DNA of 52,305 bases, counting the filler, from Squatina squatina (lineage: Eukaryota), in NCBI GenBank assembly GCA_031763465.1. It is 3 parts of 3 records of this genome, joined end to end, with 100 filler letters (N's around TTAATTAATTAA, not from the genome) between each part and the next. Parts side by side here need not be neighbours in the genome. Positions count along the whole stretch, not along the records: positions 35,548 to 52,305 come from JARFOE010000036.1; 2 more parts are not named here. The stretch is one strand, 5' to 3'. Shown here piece by piece: positions 38,878-49,558 of this stretch; position 1 is the stretch's first letter; each line of letters opens with the position of its first letter. A program made the position numbers and the translations under genes. The notes under the pieces are model-generated. The model saw only the letters and a program-made list of their open reading frames with translations, made no database searches and had not been told where the DNA came from.

Positions 38878-39320
38878 TGTCAGCCTTAACTCAGTGGCTA
38901 GCACTCTCACCTCTGAGTCAGAAGGTTGTGGGTTCAAAGTCCCACTCCAGAGACCTGAGCACAAAATCTAAGCTGAAACTCTAGTGCAGTACTGAGGGAG
39001 TGCTGTACTGTCTGAGATGCCATCATTCAGGTGAGATGTTAAACCTGCTCTCTCAGGTGGATGTAACAGCTTCTATAACACTATTTTGAAGAAGAGTAGG
39101 GGAGTTCTCCCCAGCATCCTGGCCAATGTTTATCCCTCAACTAATACCACTAAAAACTGATTATCTGGTCATTATCACGTTACTATGTGTGGGAGCTTGC
39201 TGTGTGCAAATTGGCTGCCGCATTTCCTAAGTTACAACAGTGACAAGACTTCAAAGCTATTTAATTGCTGTGGGATGTCAAGAGGTCATGAAAGCTGCTG
39301 GATAAATACAATTCCTTTTT
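38878..39320 (+). mobile_element. tRNA-derived Deu-domain SINE (SacSINE1-like), near full length
   Basis: A-box-like ctcagtgg and B-box-like gggttcaaagtccc head, central gtgcagtactgagggagtgctg and gcttgctgtgtgcaaattggctgccgc blocks; aligns with the copy at 43627-44044. Confidence 0.85.
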
Positions 39321-39327
39321 TCTTTAT

Positions 39328-39582
39328 GACACCGGGAGAACTCTCTGTTCTACTTTGAATAGTGCCATGAGTTTGTTCACATCCACCTAAACTGGTTGGG
39401 TTTTTTGCCCAGACAGACAGAAGGGAACATGGTTTAATGTCTCATCCAAGACACATCCAGTAACTCTGCCATCCCTCAGTACTCCATTGACGTGTCAGCC
39501 TAGATAATGTGTTCAAATTCATAAGAACACTTGACCCACAACCTTCTGACTTAAGGGATAAGATATGCTAACAACTGAGCCA
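39328..39582 (-). mobile_element. SacSINE1-like SINE, 5' half, degenerate
   Basis: Reverse complement of the head and centre of the adjacent SINE (ccctcagtact, gtgtcagcctagat, cccacaaccttctgact, actgagcca). Confidence 0.75.
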
Positions 39583-39585
39583 AAA

Positions 39586-39804
39586 TTGTTGCCAGGACTG
39601 GAGAATTTTAGTAATTAGTCAAGACTGAATAGGTTGGGGTTGTTTTCTTTGGAACAGAGGAGGCTGAGGGGAGATTTAATTAAAGTATATAAAATTATGA
39701 GGGGCCGAGATAGAGTGGATAGGGAGGATCCATTCCTTAGCAGAGAGGTCAATAACCAGGAGGCAGAGATTTAAAGTAATTGGTAGAAGGGTTATTATGG
39801 AGTT
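39586..39804 (+). mobile_element. CR1 LINE ORF2 C-terminal fragment
   Basis: Translates RLNRLGLFSLEQRRLRGDLIKVYKIMRG.DRVD, the CR1 ORF2 C-terminal motif. Confidence 0.85.
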
Positions 39805-40165
39805 NNNNNNNNNNNNNNNNNNNNNNNNNNNNNNNNNNNNNNNNNNNNNNNNNNNNNNNNNNNNNNNNNNNNNNNNNNNNNNNNNNNNNNNNNNNNNNNN
39901 NNNNAGGAGCTTCCCTAATGATAGAAAACTATCCAAGTCTGTGATCAAATATGTTTCCATGGTGAAATGTAAAGATTCAAACGTGTTACTGCTGTGCTTT
40001 TCTCCAACAAGATTATGGAATGATTGTAATGCAGTTGTGATGTGAACTTTTCATTGGATATTGTATAAAGAATAACTGGACAGAACGAAGTGTGAATTTT
40101 CTGCATTTTTGAAGAAAATATATTACATTTTAAAAACATGATGGAAAGTGTGTTCGAAAGACTAT

Positions 40166-40284
40166 GGGCAGAATTTCAACTTGGGTGGGAGTTTCAATGG
40201 AGCGAAAAATCAAGTGGGTGTATTATGGGCGGTCAATCCTCTACCGTCCATTTTACGCCCCCAGCCAAGTTAAAAGTTCTGCCC
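40166..40284. mobile_element. Mini-MITE (about 120 bp)
   Basis: gggcagaatttcaacttgggtggg versus reverse complement of right end gggcagaacttttaacttggctggg. Confidence 0.7.
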
Positions 40285-41218
40285 AATGAGTTCTCTTTAT
40301 TTATACTCGGTTTATTTCGGTTTGCCAGCTGCTTAAAAGGAAAAGGGAGTTGCAACAGTGTTTTTGCAATAGCTGACAAACAAATGACTGTGGAGAAATT
40401 TTCCAATACTGTTGTTGAATACTACATTACTTTTCCTAGAGAGCACAACCCTACTGCATATACTGCTGTTAAACTTTACTTCCACAACTCTCAAATGAAA
40501 AGCACTCCTGCTACCACATTAGGCCAGGCCAAGCAAGATTGATTACAGTCCCACTCAACTGCAACTTGACAGTTCCTAGACAATACATGATATCGTGATG
40601 CAACAGGATCGCAGTCTCATCTGTGGCTTCTACTGACTTAGAGACAGTGGACAACTTTCATCCAGGCTGAAAGTGCAAATTGGCCACCTATTATAGAAAC
40701 TGACGGATTTTAATTTTCATCACTGAGAGACCAATTGTGATTCAACCACCAGCTAAGACCAGAAAGATGACATCTGAATGCTAAAATATTTTAACCAACT
40801 AAATTCTCTACAAGCAGACATGTCCAAATGTTATTAATTTTCTTTGCTCCATCCAATTTTTTCCCCTTCTTTACTTTTTGTTGGTTTTCAATCAATTACT
40901 TAGTACAATGATCAGCATTAAACACTCCAAGGTCAAGCCGAGATATAGAATGCAGCTCTTTCTACATTTCAACAATGGGATAAAAAAAACGCACCTGTGA
41001 AGATTTCCTGTTTGGTAAATCTACCAAAATTGTAAACTCACTCTTTTAGAATGTTGACAATTTCATTAGAAACAACCAAAATTTTTCTATTCAATATTAA
41101 TATGCATTTCCTTAAACCCCAAGCATTTCCCACTTTGCACATTTTATCAGCAGCTGAATTGTGAATGGTATTAAATGTATGGATATTATGTAATCAAAAT
41201 GCNNNNNNNNNNAATATA

Positions 41219-41441
41219 TTGCAGATACTGGAAATCCAAAATAAAAATAGAAAATAATGAAAATTCGCTGCATGTCAGCTGGCATCTGTGGAGAGAAGAG
41301 AATTAATTTTTTGGGTGTGTCTCATTAGTCAAAGTAATTAAAGCAATTTTGACAAAGTTCATACTGGAAAATTCAACTCCTTTGTTCTCTGCACCAATAT
41401 TGCTTGTCCTGCTGAGTGTTCTCAGCCTTTCTGTTTGTTTC
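41219..41441. repeat. Degenerate inverted pair of Penelope-associated terminal repeat sequence
   Basis: Left arm gcagatactggaaatc...catctgtggagagaagag is roughly complementary to right arm ttctctgcaccaatattgc...ctgctgagtgttctcagcctttctgttt. Confidence 0.55.
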
Positions 41442-41662
41442 TGAAGTGATGTAATCCCACTAATATCAGCTCCTTAAATCAGATGGTTTTGCAGAAGCTC
41501 TGAGTCCAGTTAAGAAAATGTGCAAGTGGGAAAGGCATGGGGATTAAGGAGCTACTGAGCAATAGGAGATTTGAAGATTGATACTGGTCAACAAAATTTC
41601 AATTCAGAAAATCAGGTATTGGTATGCAAGATATTGGTTACCTATTACAAAGTAATTCAATG

Positions 41663-42123
41663 TCTCTTCTCACCTACATCCGCGACTCTTCCGATGCCCT
41701 CCGCCACTTTAATAGTTTCCAGTTTCCTGGCCCCAACCGTCTCCTCTTCATTTTGGACGTCCAATCCCTCTATACTTCCAGCCCCCACCAGGACGGCCTG
41801 AGGGCACTCCGCTTCTTCCTTGAATAGAGACTTGACCAGTCCCCAGCCACCACCACCCTCCCCCGTCTGGCTGAGCTTGTTCTCACATTGAAACAACTTC
41901 TCCTTCGACTCCACTCACTTCCTCCAAATTAAAGGAGTTGCTATGGGAATCCACATGGGTCCCAGCCTGCCTTTTTGTGGGATATGTGGAACATTCTGTG
42001 TTCGACTCCAACTCAAGTCCCCTCCCTAACCTCTTTTTCCAGTACACTGATGAATGTATTGGTGCCGTTTCCTGCTCTCGCCCTGAACTTGATCATTTCA
42101 TTCACTTTGCCTCCAATTTCCAC
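41663..42123 (+). mobile_element. Penelope-like element reverse transcriptase fragment (disrupted)
   Basis: TYIRDSSDAL...ILDVQSLYTS.PHQDGL...LAELVLTL...FLQIKGVAMG...LFVGYVE...FFQYTDECIG (degenerate YIDD); in-frame stop and frameshifts; truncated by a gap. Confidence 0.9.
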
Positions 42124-42583
42124 NNNNNNNNNNNNNNNNNNNNNNNNNNNNNNNNNNNNNNNNNNNNNNNNNNNNNNNNNNNNNNNNNNNNNNNNNNNNN
42201 NNNNNNNNNNNNNNNNNNNNNNNGGCAGAGGCCTAGGGACAAGTGATCAGAGAATGGTATGTTTGTGCATGTGGCCACTTGCATTTTTTTTTCCCCATGC
42301 CTACCTGTTTCCTCCACACCCCAAAGCACTGAACTCTTGCTGGATGGGACTTTATGGGCACTCCTTTGTATCTGAACTGCAACAGTGGCTGTTTGACTGT
42401 AGGCACGTCACAGTGAAGCTCAATGCTGCACTTCCAGCAGAGGTCTCCTGATACCGGTCATAAGTAGAATCCTTGGCTTCCCTTTCTCTCATCCCTAGCC
42501 CATGGGTTTTGAAAACAACTCTAATGTCTTATTTCCAATCTAGGTAAATCTAAATTCTGTTGAAGGGTCACAACTGAAACATC

Positions 42584-43526
42584 GGGCGTTGAATTAGATA
42601 ATCCGCGAAAAAGGACGTGGGTCGGTACGCAACTAACCAGCACACGTTCAATTCGTGCTGCATGTTGTTTTAAATGATTGCTGCGTGGAACCAAAGCTAC
42701 CCGTGCTGTTCATTGGATGCATGCACCAGCAGGGGTTTGATATCTGGAATGGCTAGTGTTACTTAAAGGCAGCTTGCAACTCTTAAAGGGGAGGTGCATT
42801 GTGGTTGCAAGAAGTGATGGGAGTCCTTTTGAAAAGTGAATCAATGCTGAACCTGCAAGAGAGTAAGCACCAACGTTTTCTGACCGTGCATTGGAGGTCT
42901 TGGTGCAAGACCTGGAGAGACAGAGATGTCCTATGACCGTGGGTGGGGAGTGGCGGTGAGGGTAGGAGACCCTACAGACATATGCTGAAGAGGAAGTAGG
43001 AAAAAGTAGCAGTGGAAGTCAATATTAGGAGTGTAGCTCCAAGAACATGGATGCAGTGCAGGAAGAAGTTTAACGATCTGACTGAATTTTCAAGGTGAGT
43101 GAGCTCAATCAGCAAATGGCATATCCTACCAACTTCACCACCAGTCTCGCCACTGCTCAATTCACTACACCCACCTTCCAACAATTTCTATCAATCAGTA
43201 CTCAACCCTTCAATTCATATGCTTTACCTTACCCTTGCAAACTTAGCATTATTGCAAGCCTTGCACTCACCGCTCATAAACACTGGCAGCTATTCGCCAT
43301 GACAGCCACATCACCTAAACATTTTGCAGAACACTCACTGGCACACTTCCCTCTCAGGAGAAGATGGAGCACAATATGAGGCAGCAGGAAAGAACTGTAT
43401 GAGGACAAGCATGCCTGCATGTTTTAAACCCATGGAGAAGACCGTGCTGGCCATCGCTGAGGTTGCAGCCACTGGTGGGACTGGAGGGATTGATGATGAG
43501 GGTATCTGCATATCTAACCCTCCTTC
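42584..43526 (+). mobile_element. PIF/Harbinger-derived element with decayed, intron-containing Myb/SANT-like ORF
   Basis: Starts gggcgttgaatt; encodes APTFSDRALEVLV...KRK*EKVAVEVNIRSVAPRTWMQCRKKFNDL, then donor gtgagt (43095) and acceptor ctcag|EKMEHNMRQQERT. Confidence 0.75.
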
Positions 43527-43626
43527 NNNNNNNNNNNNNNNNNNNNNNNNNNNNNNNNNNNNNNNNNNNNNNNNNNNNNNNNNNNNNNNNNNNNNNNNNN
43601 NNNNNNNNNNNNNNNNNNNNNNNNNN

Positions 43627-44044
43627 CCAAAGTGCTTTACAACCAATGAAGCACTTTTGAAGTGTAGTCACTGTCGTATTGTGGGAAACGCGGCAGCCAA
43701 TTTGCGCACAGCAAGCTCCCACAAACAACAATGTGATAACTGGCCAGATAACCTGTTTTTTTAGTGATGTGGATTGAGGGATAATTATTGGCCTCGGACA
43801 CCGGGGAGAATTCCCTTGCCTTCTTCGAAATAGTGCCGCAGGATCTTTTACGCCCACATGAGAGGGCAGACTTCAGTTTAACGTCTCACTTGAGAGACGG
43901 CACCTCCGACAGTGCAGCACTCCCTCAGTACTGCACTGGGAGTGTCAGCCTGGATTTTTGTGCTCAAGTCCCTGGAGTGGGACTTGAACCCACAACCTTG
44001 TGACCCAGAGGTGAGAGTGTGACCCACTGAGACACAGTTGCCAC
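43627..44044 (-). mobile_element. SacSINE1-like SINE, near full length
   Basis: ggagtgggacttgaacccacaacc (B box, reverse), cagtgcagcactccctcagtactgcac, ggcagccaatttgcgcacagcaagctcccac. Confidence 0.87.
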
Positions 44045-44201
44045 GTATGGAGACAGAGCCTTAAAGGAAAGAGGAGGAGGAAATTGGATCGAAAATATCA
44101 TCCACAGTGGGATTCCAACCAACGGGACAAATATTGTGACCACTTTTGCTTAACCTTTAATTCTCGGCAATCTATTTACAAGCCTGGACTGTGATACCTA
44201 C

Positions 44202-44422
44202 TGTTTGCTTGTCCCGTAGCCCTCCCTACGCACGGCAACTGATATTCCAACCACCAGGATAGGAAGCCCATAGCCAACTGGGAACATGTGCCGTTTCCCC
44301 AGGCACCCAGCGTTGAACACCTTCACCACCATGAGGTAGAGCTGTATCCCCTCCAGACACATCCAGGCAAACACGGTCAGGAAGAAGTAATGCAGGAACC
44401 CGGCGATGATTGCGCAGACAAC
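44202..44422 (-). CDS. ADGRE-like exon, TM3-TM4 (minus-strand paralogue)
   Basis: tttttcag|GTT...AAACA|gtaggt, 221 bp; VVCAIIAGFLHYFFLTVFAWMCLEGIQLYLMVVKVFNAGCLGKRHMFPVGYGLPILVVGISVAVRREGYGTSK. Confidence 0.92.
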
Positions 44423-44477
44423 CTGAAAAAGAACAATGCCGTCATGTATCGACTGTTGCCTTCGATATGTTCTTCCT

Positions 44478-44902
44478 TTTATCCATTCGTAGAATGTGGG
44501 CATCACTGGCAAGGTCGTCATTTATTGTCCACCCCGAGTTGCCCTTGAGAAGGTGGTGATAAGTCACCTCTTGAACTACTGCAGTTATTGCTTGCTGGGC
44601 CAATCCAGAGGGCAGATAAAAGCCAACAACATTACTGTGGGTCTGGAGTCACATGTAGGCCAGACCAGGTAAGGATGGTAGATTCCCTTCCCTAAAGGAC
44701 ATTAGTGAACCAGATGGGTTTTTAACAACAATCCAATAGTTTCATGGTCACCATTACTGACACTAGCTTTTTAATTCCAGCCTATTTTTTAATTAACTGA
44801 ATTTAAATTCCACAGCTGCCGTGGTGGGATTTGAACTCACATCTCTGGATCAACAGTCCAAGCCTCTGGATTACTAGTCCCGCAATTTAACCACTATGCT
44901 AC
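44478..44902 (-). mobile_element. Second tRNA-derived SINE family, probably with an RTE-type LINE tail
   Basis: Minus-strand head gtagcatagtggtt...gagttcaaatcccacc; body and tail shared with copies at 45877-46140 and 17110-17370. Confidence 0.8.
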
Positions 44903-44909
44903 TGAGTCT

Positions 44910-45600
44910 CCATATGCTCTCTGAAGTGCTCAGGGTATGGAGGAGTCTGCCTCCTGCATTGTGGAGAGCTGTGTGCACACCATGGAGCCTATCATTGCCA
45001 GTATGCAGTCAATATTAGACTTCCAGAGGAAGCGTGCAAATCCAGACATGAGGCCTGTCATGTGCAATTTGGCAGCCTCAATTGCGGCACAGGCACAAGG
45101 TTATGCAACAGCTTGTCGATGTCATGCAGTCTCACCTGCATGCCATGCAAACACGGACTGCTGCCATTGGCACTGGGTCCACCACGGTCCACCGGGGATC
45201 ACGGCAGCCCATCAGCCTGTGAGCCAGCAGATTCGTGGGGATGCTGAGGGGGAGTAGCAGTGTGTCGGTGGAGCAGGAGGCTGATGTCCTGTCTCAGGAT
45301 GACAGCACTTTTGATCCTGCCACTGACACTGCGTCATTGTCACTGGCCATGCCTGTCACCCAGGCAGACCAGACTGCCGCCCCGCAGCCTGAGGTGGTGC
45401 AGTCTGCAGCAGGCCCTTCCAGGGCCAGAGCTGGTCGAGGGCATCCCAGAGAGCCATCTGTAGTATTTGGTCATGACACACAGCAGCCTTCAACCAGCCA
45501 TGCTGCAGCCTCAGGGGAGTCACAGAGGAGAAGTGTAAGATTAGGACAAAGAAAAAGGAGTTCTCTGCACAAGGGTAACATTTCATAAATACATTCATTT
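44910..45600 (+). mobile_element. Probable distal part of a Harbinger accessory (Myb/SANT) ORF, decayed
   Basis: GC-rich, low-complexity AAGPSRARAGRGHPREPS...QQPSTSHAAASGESQRRSVR; no splice-bounded intact frame. Family assignment is an inference. Confidence 0.4.
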
Positions 45601-45746
45601 CTTTATTCCATGTGTAATGAAGATGTGATGTTATTCTTTATTCTGTNNNNNNNNNNNNNNNNNNNNNNNNNNNNNNNNNNNNNNNNNNNNNNNNNNNNNN
45701 NNNNNNNNNNNNNNNNNNNNNNNNNNNNNNNNNNNNNNNNNNNNNN

Positions 45747-45876
45747 GTCAGTTCTCCGCTCTCGGTCTCGAGAAACTGGGATATTTCAGCAATTTTCTGG
45801 CAAATGTCGGGACACCGGTACGTTTACTAAAATAAATGGGACTGTCCCGGTAAAACCGGGACATCTGGTCACCCTA
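45747..45876. mobile_element. Terminus of a hAT-Blackjack-like DNA transposon, abutting or inserted in a SINE
   Basis: Ends in cgggacatctggtcacccta (reverse complement TAGGGTGACCAGATGTCCCG, the Blackjack-type TIR as recalled), with internal gggac/gtccc subterminal repeats. Confidence 0.7.
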
Positions 45877-46140
45877 CCCATACCTGGTCTGGGCCTATAT
45901 GTGACTCCAGACCCACAGCAATGTGGTTGACTTTTAACTGCCTCTCTGAAATGGCCCAATGAGCCACTCAGTTCCACCAAACCCATGACCACAAAGTCAG
46001 CACTGTGGGAGCATCTTCACCACACGGACTGCAGCGGTTCAAGAAGGCGGCACATCACCACCTTCTCAAGGGCAACTAGGGATGGGCAATAAATGCCGGC
46101 CTTGCCAGCGACGCCCACATCCCTGGAACAAATAAATACA
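45877..46140 (+). mobile_element. 3' half of the second SINE family
   Basis: tacctggtctgg...gactccagacccacagcaatgtggttg...caccaccttctcaagggcaactagggatgggcaataaatgccggccttgccagcgacgcccacatccc plus A-rich end. Confidence 0.8.
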
Positions 46141-46320
46141 TTTTAAAAAATACCCTCCAGTCAGCCCCCTTTCAAAATGGCGGTGGCGGTAACAGGACGC
46201 TAAGTCCTCCATTTTGAGGCCTTTAATGCCAGGCGAAGGTCGCTCAAAATGGATCCCAATGCACGGGACAATTTAACTGTGACTGTTTGAGTGAGACTGA
46301 GAGGATTCCTTTATCCCCAG

Positions 46321-46541
46321 GCTATGTGTGGAATCATCGCTGGAATCCTTCATTACCTCTTCCTGGCGTGTTTCATGTGGATGCTTCTGGAAGGCGTCCA
46401 GCTTTACCTGATGGTGGTGAAGGTCTTCCTGGCCCAGAGTCTCCGAGGGAAGTACACCTACCCGGCTGCCTATGGTGTCCCAGCTCTGATCGTCATTCTG
46501 TCAGCGGCAATATACCCGAAGGGATACGGCACCAGAGAATA
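46321..46541 (+). CDS. ADGRE-like exon, TM3-TM4 (plus-strand paralogue)
   Basis: ccccag|GCT...GAATA|gtgagt, 221 bp; AMCGIIAGILHYLFLACFMWMLLEGVQLYLMVVKVFLAQSLRGKYTYPAAYGVPALIVILSAAIYPKGYGTRE; same size and phase as the 44202-44422 exon. Confidence 0.92.
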
Positions 46542-46674
46542 GTGAGTGAGCCGGCCATGGATTTTCCGTTGCGTGACCTCTTTCTGTCGTCCCTGGCCCT
46601 GGAGATTCCAACTGTGGTGGGTTCACGGTTCCCTGGGCCAGCTGCCCGCCCTTTACTGTTAAGCCTGGGCTAAG

Positions 46675-46800
46675 ACATCAAGGGGAATGGGAGGAAGCAG
46701 GAGATAGAGAATCAATCATGATCATAATGAGTGGCGGAGCAGGCTCGAAGGGTCAAATGGCCTACTCCTGTTCCTATTTTCTATGCTTCTATGTTTATAT
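46675..46800 (+). mobile_element. CR1 LINE 3' tail
   Basis: gtggcggagcaggctcgaagggtcaaatggcctactcctgttcctattttctatgcttctatg. Confidence 0.72.
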
Positions 46801-47109
46801 AGCAATACAGCTGGACACCACACACTGCAATGGACCTGGGCAACTCACAATGTACTACACCAGGGCATCACATATTGCAATAACCGGGGCAACAAACATT
46901 GAACTACACCTGGGCATTACTGAATGCAATACACCTGGGCATCACACATTGCAATACACCTGGGCAACACTGGCTGCAATACATCGGGGCACCACACACT
47001 GCAATACACATGGGCACTACACACTGCTATGGACCTGGGCAACTCACAATGTACTACACCTAAGCATCACATATTGCAATAACCGGGGCAACAAACCTTG
47101 AACTACACC
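46801..47109. repeat. Degenerate minisatellite, about 25-bp unit (TGCAATACACCTGGGCATCACACAT), about 12 copies
   Basis: Recurring gcaatacacctgggca core; starts immediately after a CR1 tail and ends at a gap. Confidence 0.88.
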
Positions 47110-49430
47110 NNNNNNNNNNNNNNNNNNNNNNNNNNNNNNNNNNNNNNNNNNNNNNNNNNNNNNNNNNNNNNNNNNNNNNNNNNNNNNNNNNNNNNNNNNN
47201 NNNNNNNNNAGGCCTCGGGCTTCTGGTTAGTTCTTGGTGGGCGTCGCTTTCTTTAGGTCCGAAAACGGGCCTAAACAAATTTACAGCCCGATTGTTTTAG
47301 GTTCACTGGCCTACATTCTTATTGATATTTTTAAACTGGCAGCCAACATGCTCAGTTGCTTGGTATGGGCTGTTTTCACATGCAGTGTCATTTTCAATAC
47401 ACGTCTATTTTTTTCACGACCCGGTCAATGGGGATTTTCCCTAATTGTGGTGAGTTGAGAGCCCACTCAAGCTTCACCGGACACTCAGCGACACCTGGAC
47501 TTTACTGCACAGAAAAGGAGTGGTGGTGAGGAGAGAAAAAAAAAAGCTCAGCCCTCCTGTTGTGGCATCTCATTATATCCTGGATACGGTTAAGACAATT
47601 GTGCCCATATTGCAGGTGCACCAATTACTGGTGAAAATCCCTCAGCATAATTTCATGCCTCTAATTGCTTGGCAAGGGCTACGTTCCAAAGATAATTCTC
47701 ATCCCATTAGCGCGAAAATTTAGTTGGGCTGCTTTTCCATGTTGACAAATTTCAGAGCGTTTAATCAAATGCGGATCCCACTTCCAACCTGTGCAGGTGC
47801 AGTCATTATCTTTTTAGGCCAGGGTATTAAGGGTTACGGAACCCAGGCGGGTCGTTGGAGTTAAGATACAGCACANNNNNNNNNNNNNNNNNNNNNNNNN
47901 NNNNNNNNNNNNNNNNNNNNNNNNNNNNNNNNNNNNNNNNNNNNNNNNNNNNNNNNNNNNNNNNNNNNNNNNNNNAAGGGAGTTGGACTTCGAGGCAGAA
48001 CATAGATCTGGCTGGGCTTTGCCACACTTGTTCCATTGTGGCCCTACAAAAAGCCCAAAAGTGTAAATCTGTGGAAGTAATTAATTCAAGATCGATTACC
48101 TTCATATGGTTAGCCAAAACTTCTCTGCAAGGGGGAGGTGAAAAAACAGTTTCTTTCTTTAATCCTTGGCTTGCTAAGTGCTGACCCACCCCTCTCCTCC
48201 AGATGGCACGCTAAGATTGCAGCTCTACAGGTGTGGGTCACCTGCCTCAATTAATCTAACGACCCTCACGATTTGGGACAGTTTCATGGTGAGGCCAAAG
48301 AGTTGAGCAGAATTACTTTTCCTCTGCCTGCTTACACTCGTATGCAGAAAACTGGACATTTTAGTTTTGTGAACTATTTCAAGTGAATTCTAGTTGATGA
48401 TCATTGAGCAGAGTCAAAGAAATGGATAGAAAACACATTAATCTGGATGGGGACCTTTCAATAATATTGCAGTTTTAAGTCATGCTCATTGCCTCCCTCA
48501 CAAATTGCTGCTTTTGTGTCTGTGAACATGATGGGATATAGTTCATCTGACCAAGAGTAACTTATTGGTTCTGTACTACTTTCACCTAACTAGAGCTGCT
48601 GCTTCACTAATGCTAAAATCTCAGAGTAAAACCTTTACAATGTTCCAGACGTGATGTTCTATCAATGGCAATTTGGGATATCCTAATAAAATACACGGGC
48701 ATTTTAAATCGCAAACTTTATTCAAATAAGGTGTTGACCTTGATTGCAGTTGGAAAACTCTTCCTATTACTGAATTTATTCAGTGACCTTGCACTGTACA
48801 ATAACATTTGTGTGCCTTTGATAACTGTAAGTGCGAACTGTGCAACCTTTGTGCATCAGGCAAAACATTTTGGGTCCTGCACAACAGAACAAGCCTTTTG
48901 CTTCGTGGTTCATTGCAGAGGGAGAGCTGAGTCAGCCAAGAATAAGAACAGTTATTACAATCTAGTACTTCTATTCAACCCACCTAGCTTGTTAGAACAA
49001 CCTGGATATCCTAACTTTAAGGATACAAGAAATGAAGTTACCAAAAATAAATTGGATATTAAAATACATATTTGATCATATGAATTGTGTATAAGAATAT
49101 AGGCAGGAAACTACTACAGCAGTAAACAATGAAATGCCAGCAGAATTTTCCTGATGGCTCAATATGAAGCAAATCTTCGGTGTTAGTCGGTTTTGGCCAG
49201 CACCCCCATCCCATGCCCAAAAGCAATGAGCAGCTTACTTTAGCACTCTACTGCTGGCCATGTAGTATATGTAATAATATACATGTATACATATTCTACA
49301 GCAATGCAGTAGTCATATTGCAATGCGATCTCTGAATGGATTGTTAAGCAGAATATATAAACTGTTGTAAAATAAGCTATTCAGTTGCACAGAAAATGAT
49401 ATTTTGTTAAGCAAAATCTGTACTGAACAG

Positions 49431-49558
49431 GATTGGTGACACCTCCAGTTCCACTTCCAAGGAAAAAGCCTCTCCCTCAACCTCGTTCTGTAGCTGCAGA
49501 TACATTTCACAATGCGGTGAAGCCTCCTGTTCCCAGACCCCGGAGTAAATTAGTAGAG
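49431..49558 (+). CDS. Candidate exon encoding proline-rich SH3-ligand motifs; gene unidentified
   Basis: gaacag|GA TTG...GAG|gtatgt, 128 bp; LVTPPVPLPRKKPLPQPRSVAADTFHNAVKPPVPRPRSKLVE with three PxPxPR motifs, a more GC-rich island in AT-rich flanks. Confidence 0.6.

Noticed and set aside
38880-38950. tRNA-like A/B boxes (also near 43970-44040 and 44820-44900)
   Set aside because: Heads of tRNA-derived SINEs continuing into SINE bodies; no cloverleaf.
46540-46542. Apparent in-frame TAG stops ending the ADGRE TM3-4 ORFs (also 44198-44200)
   Set aside because: They overlap or follow the phase-2 splice donors (TA|gtgagt, CA|gtaggt), so they are not evidence of pseudogenisation.
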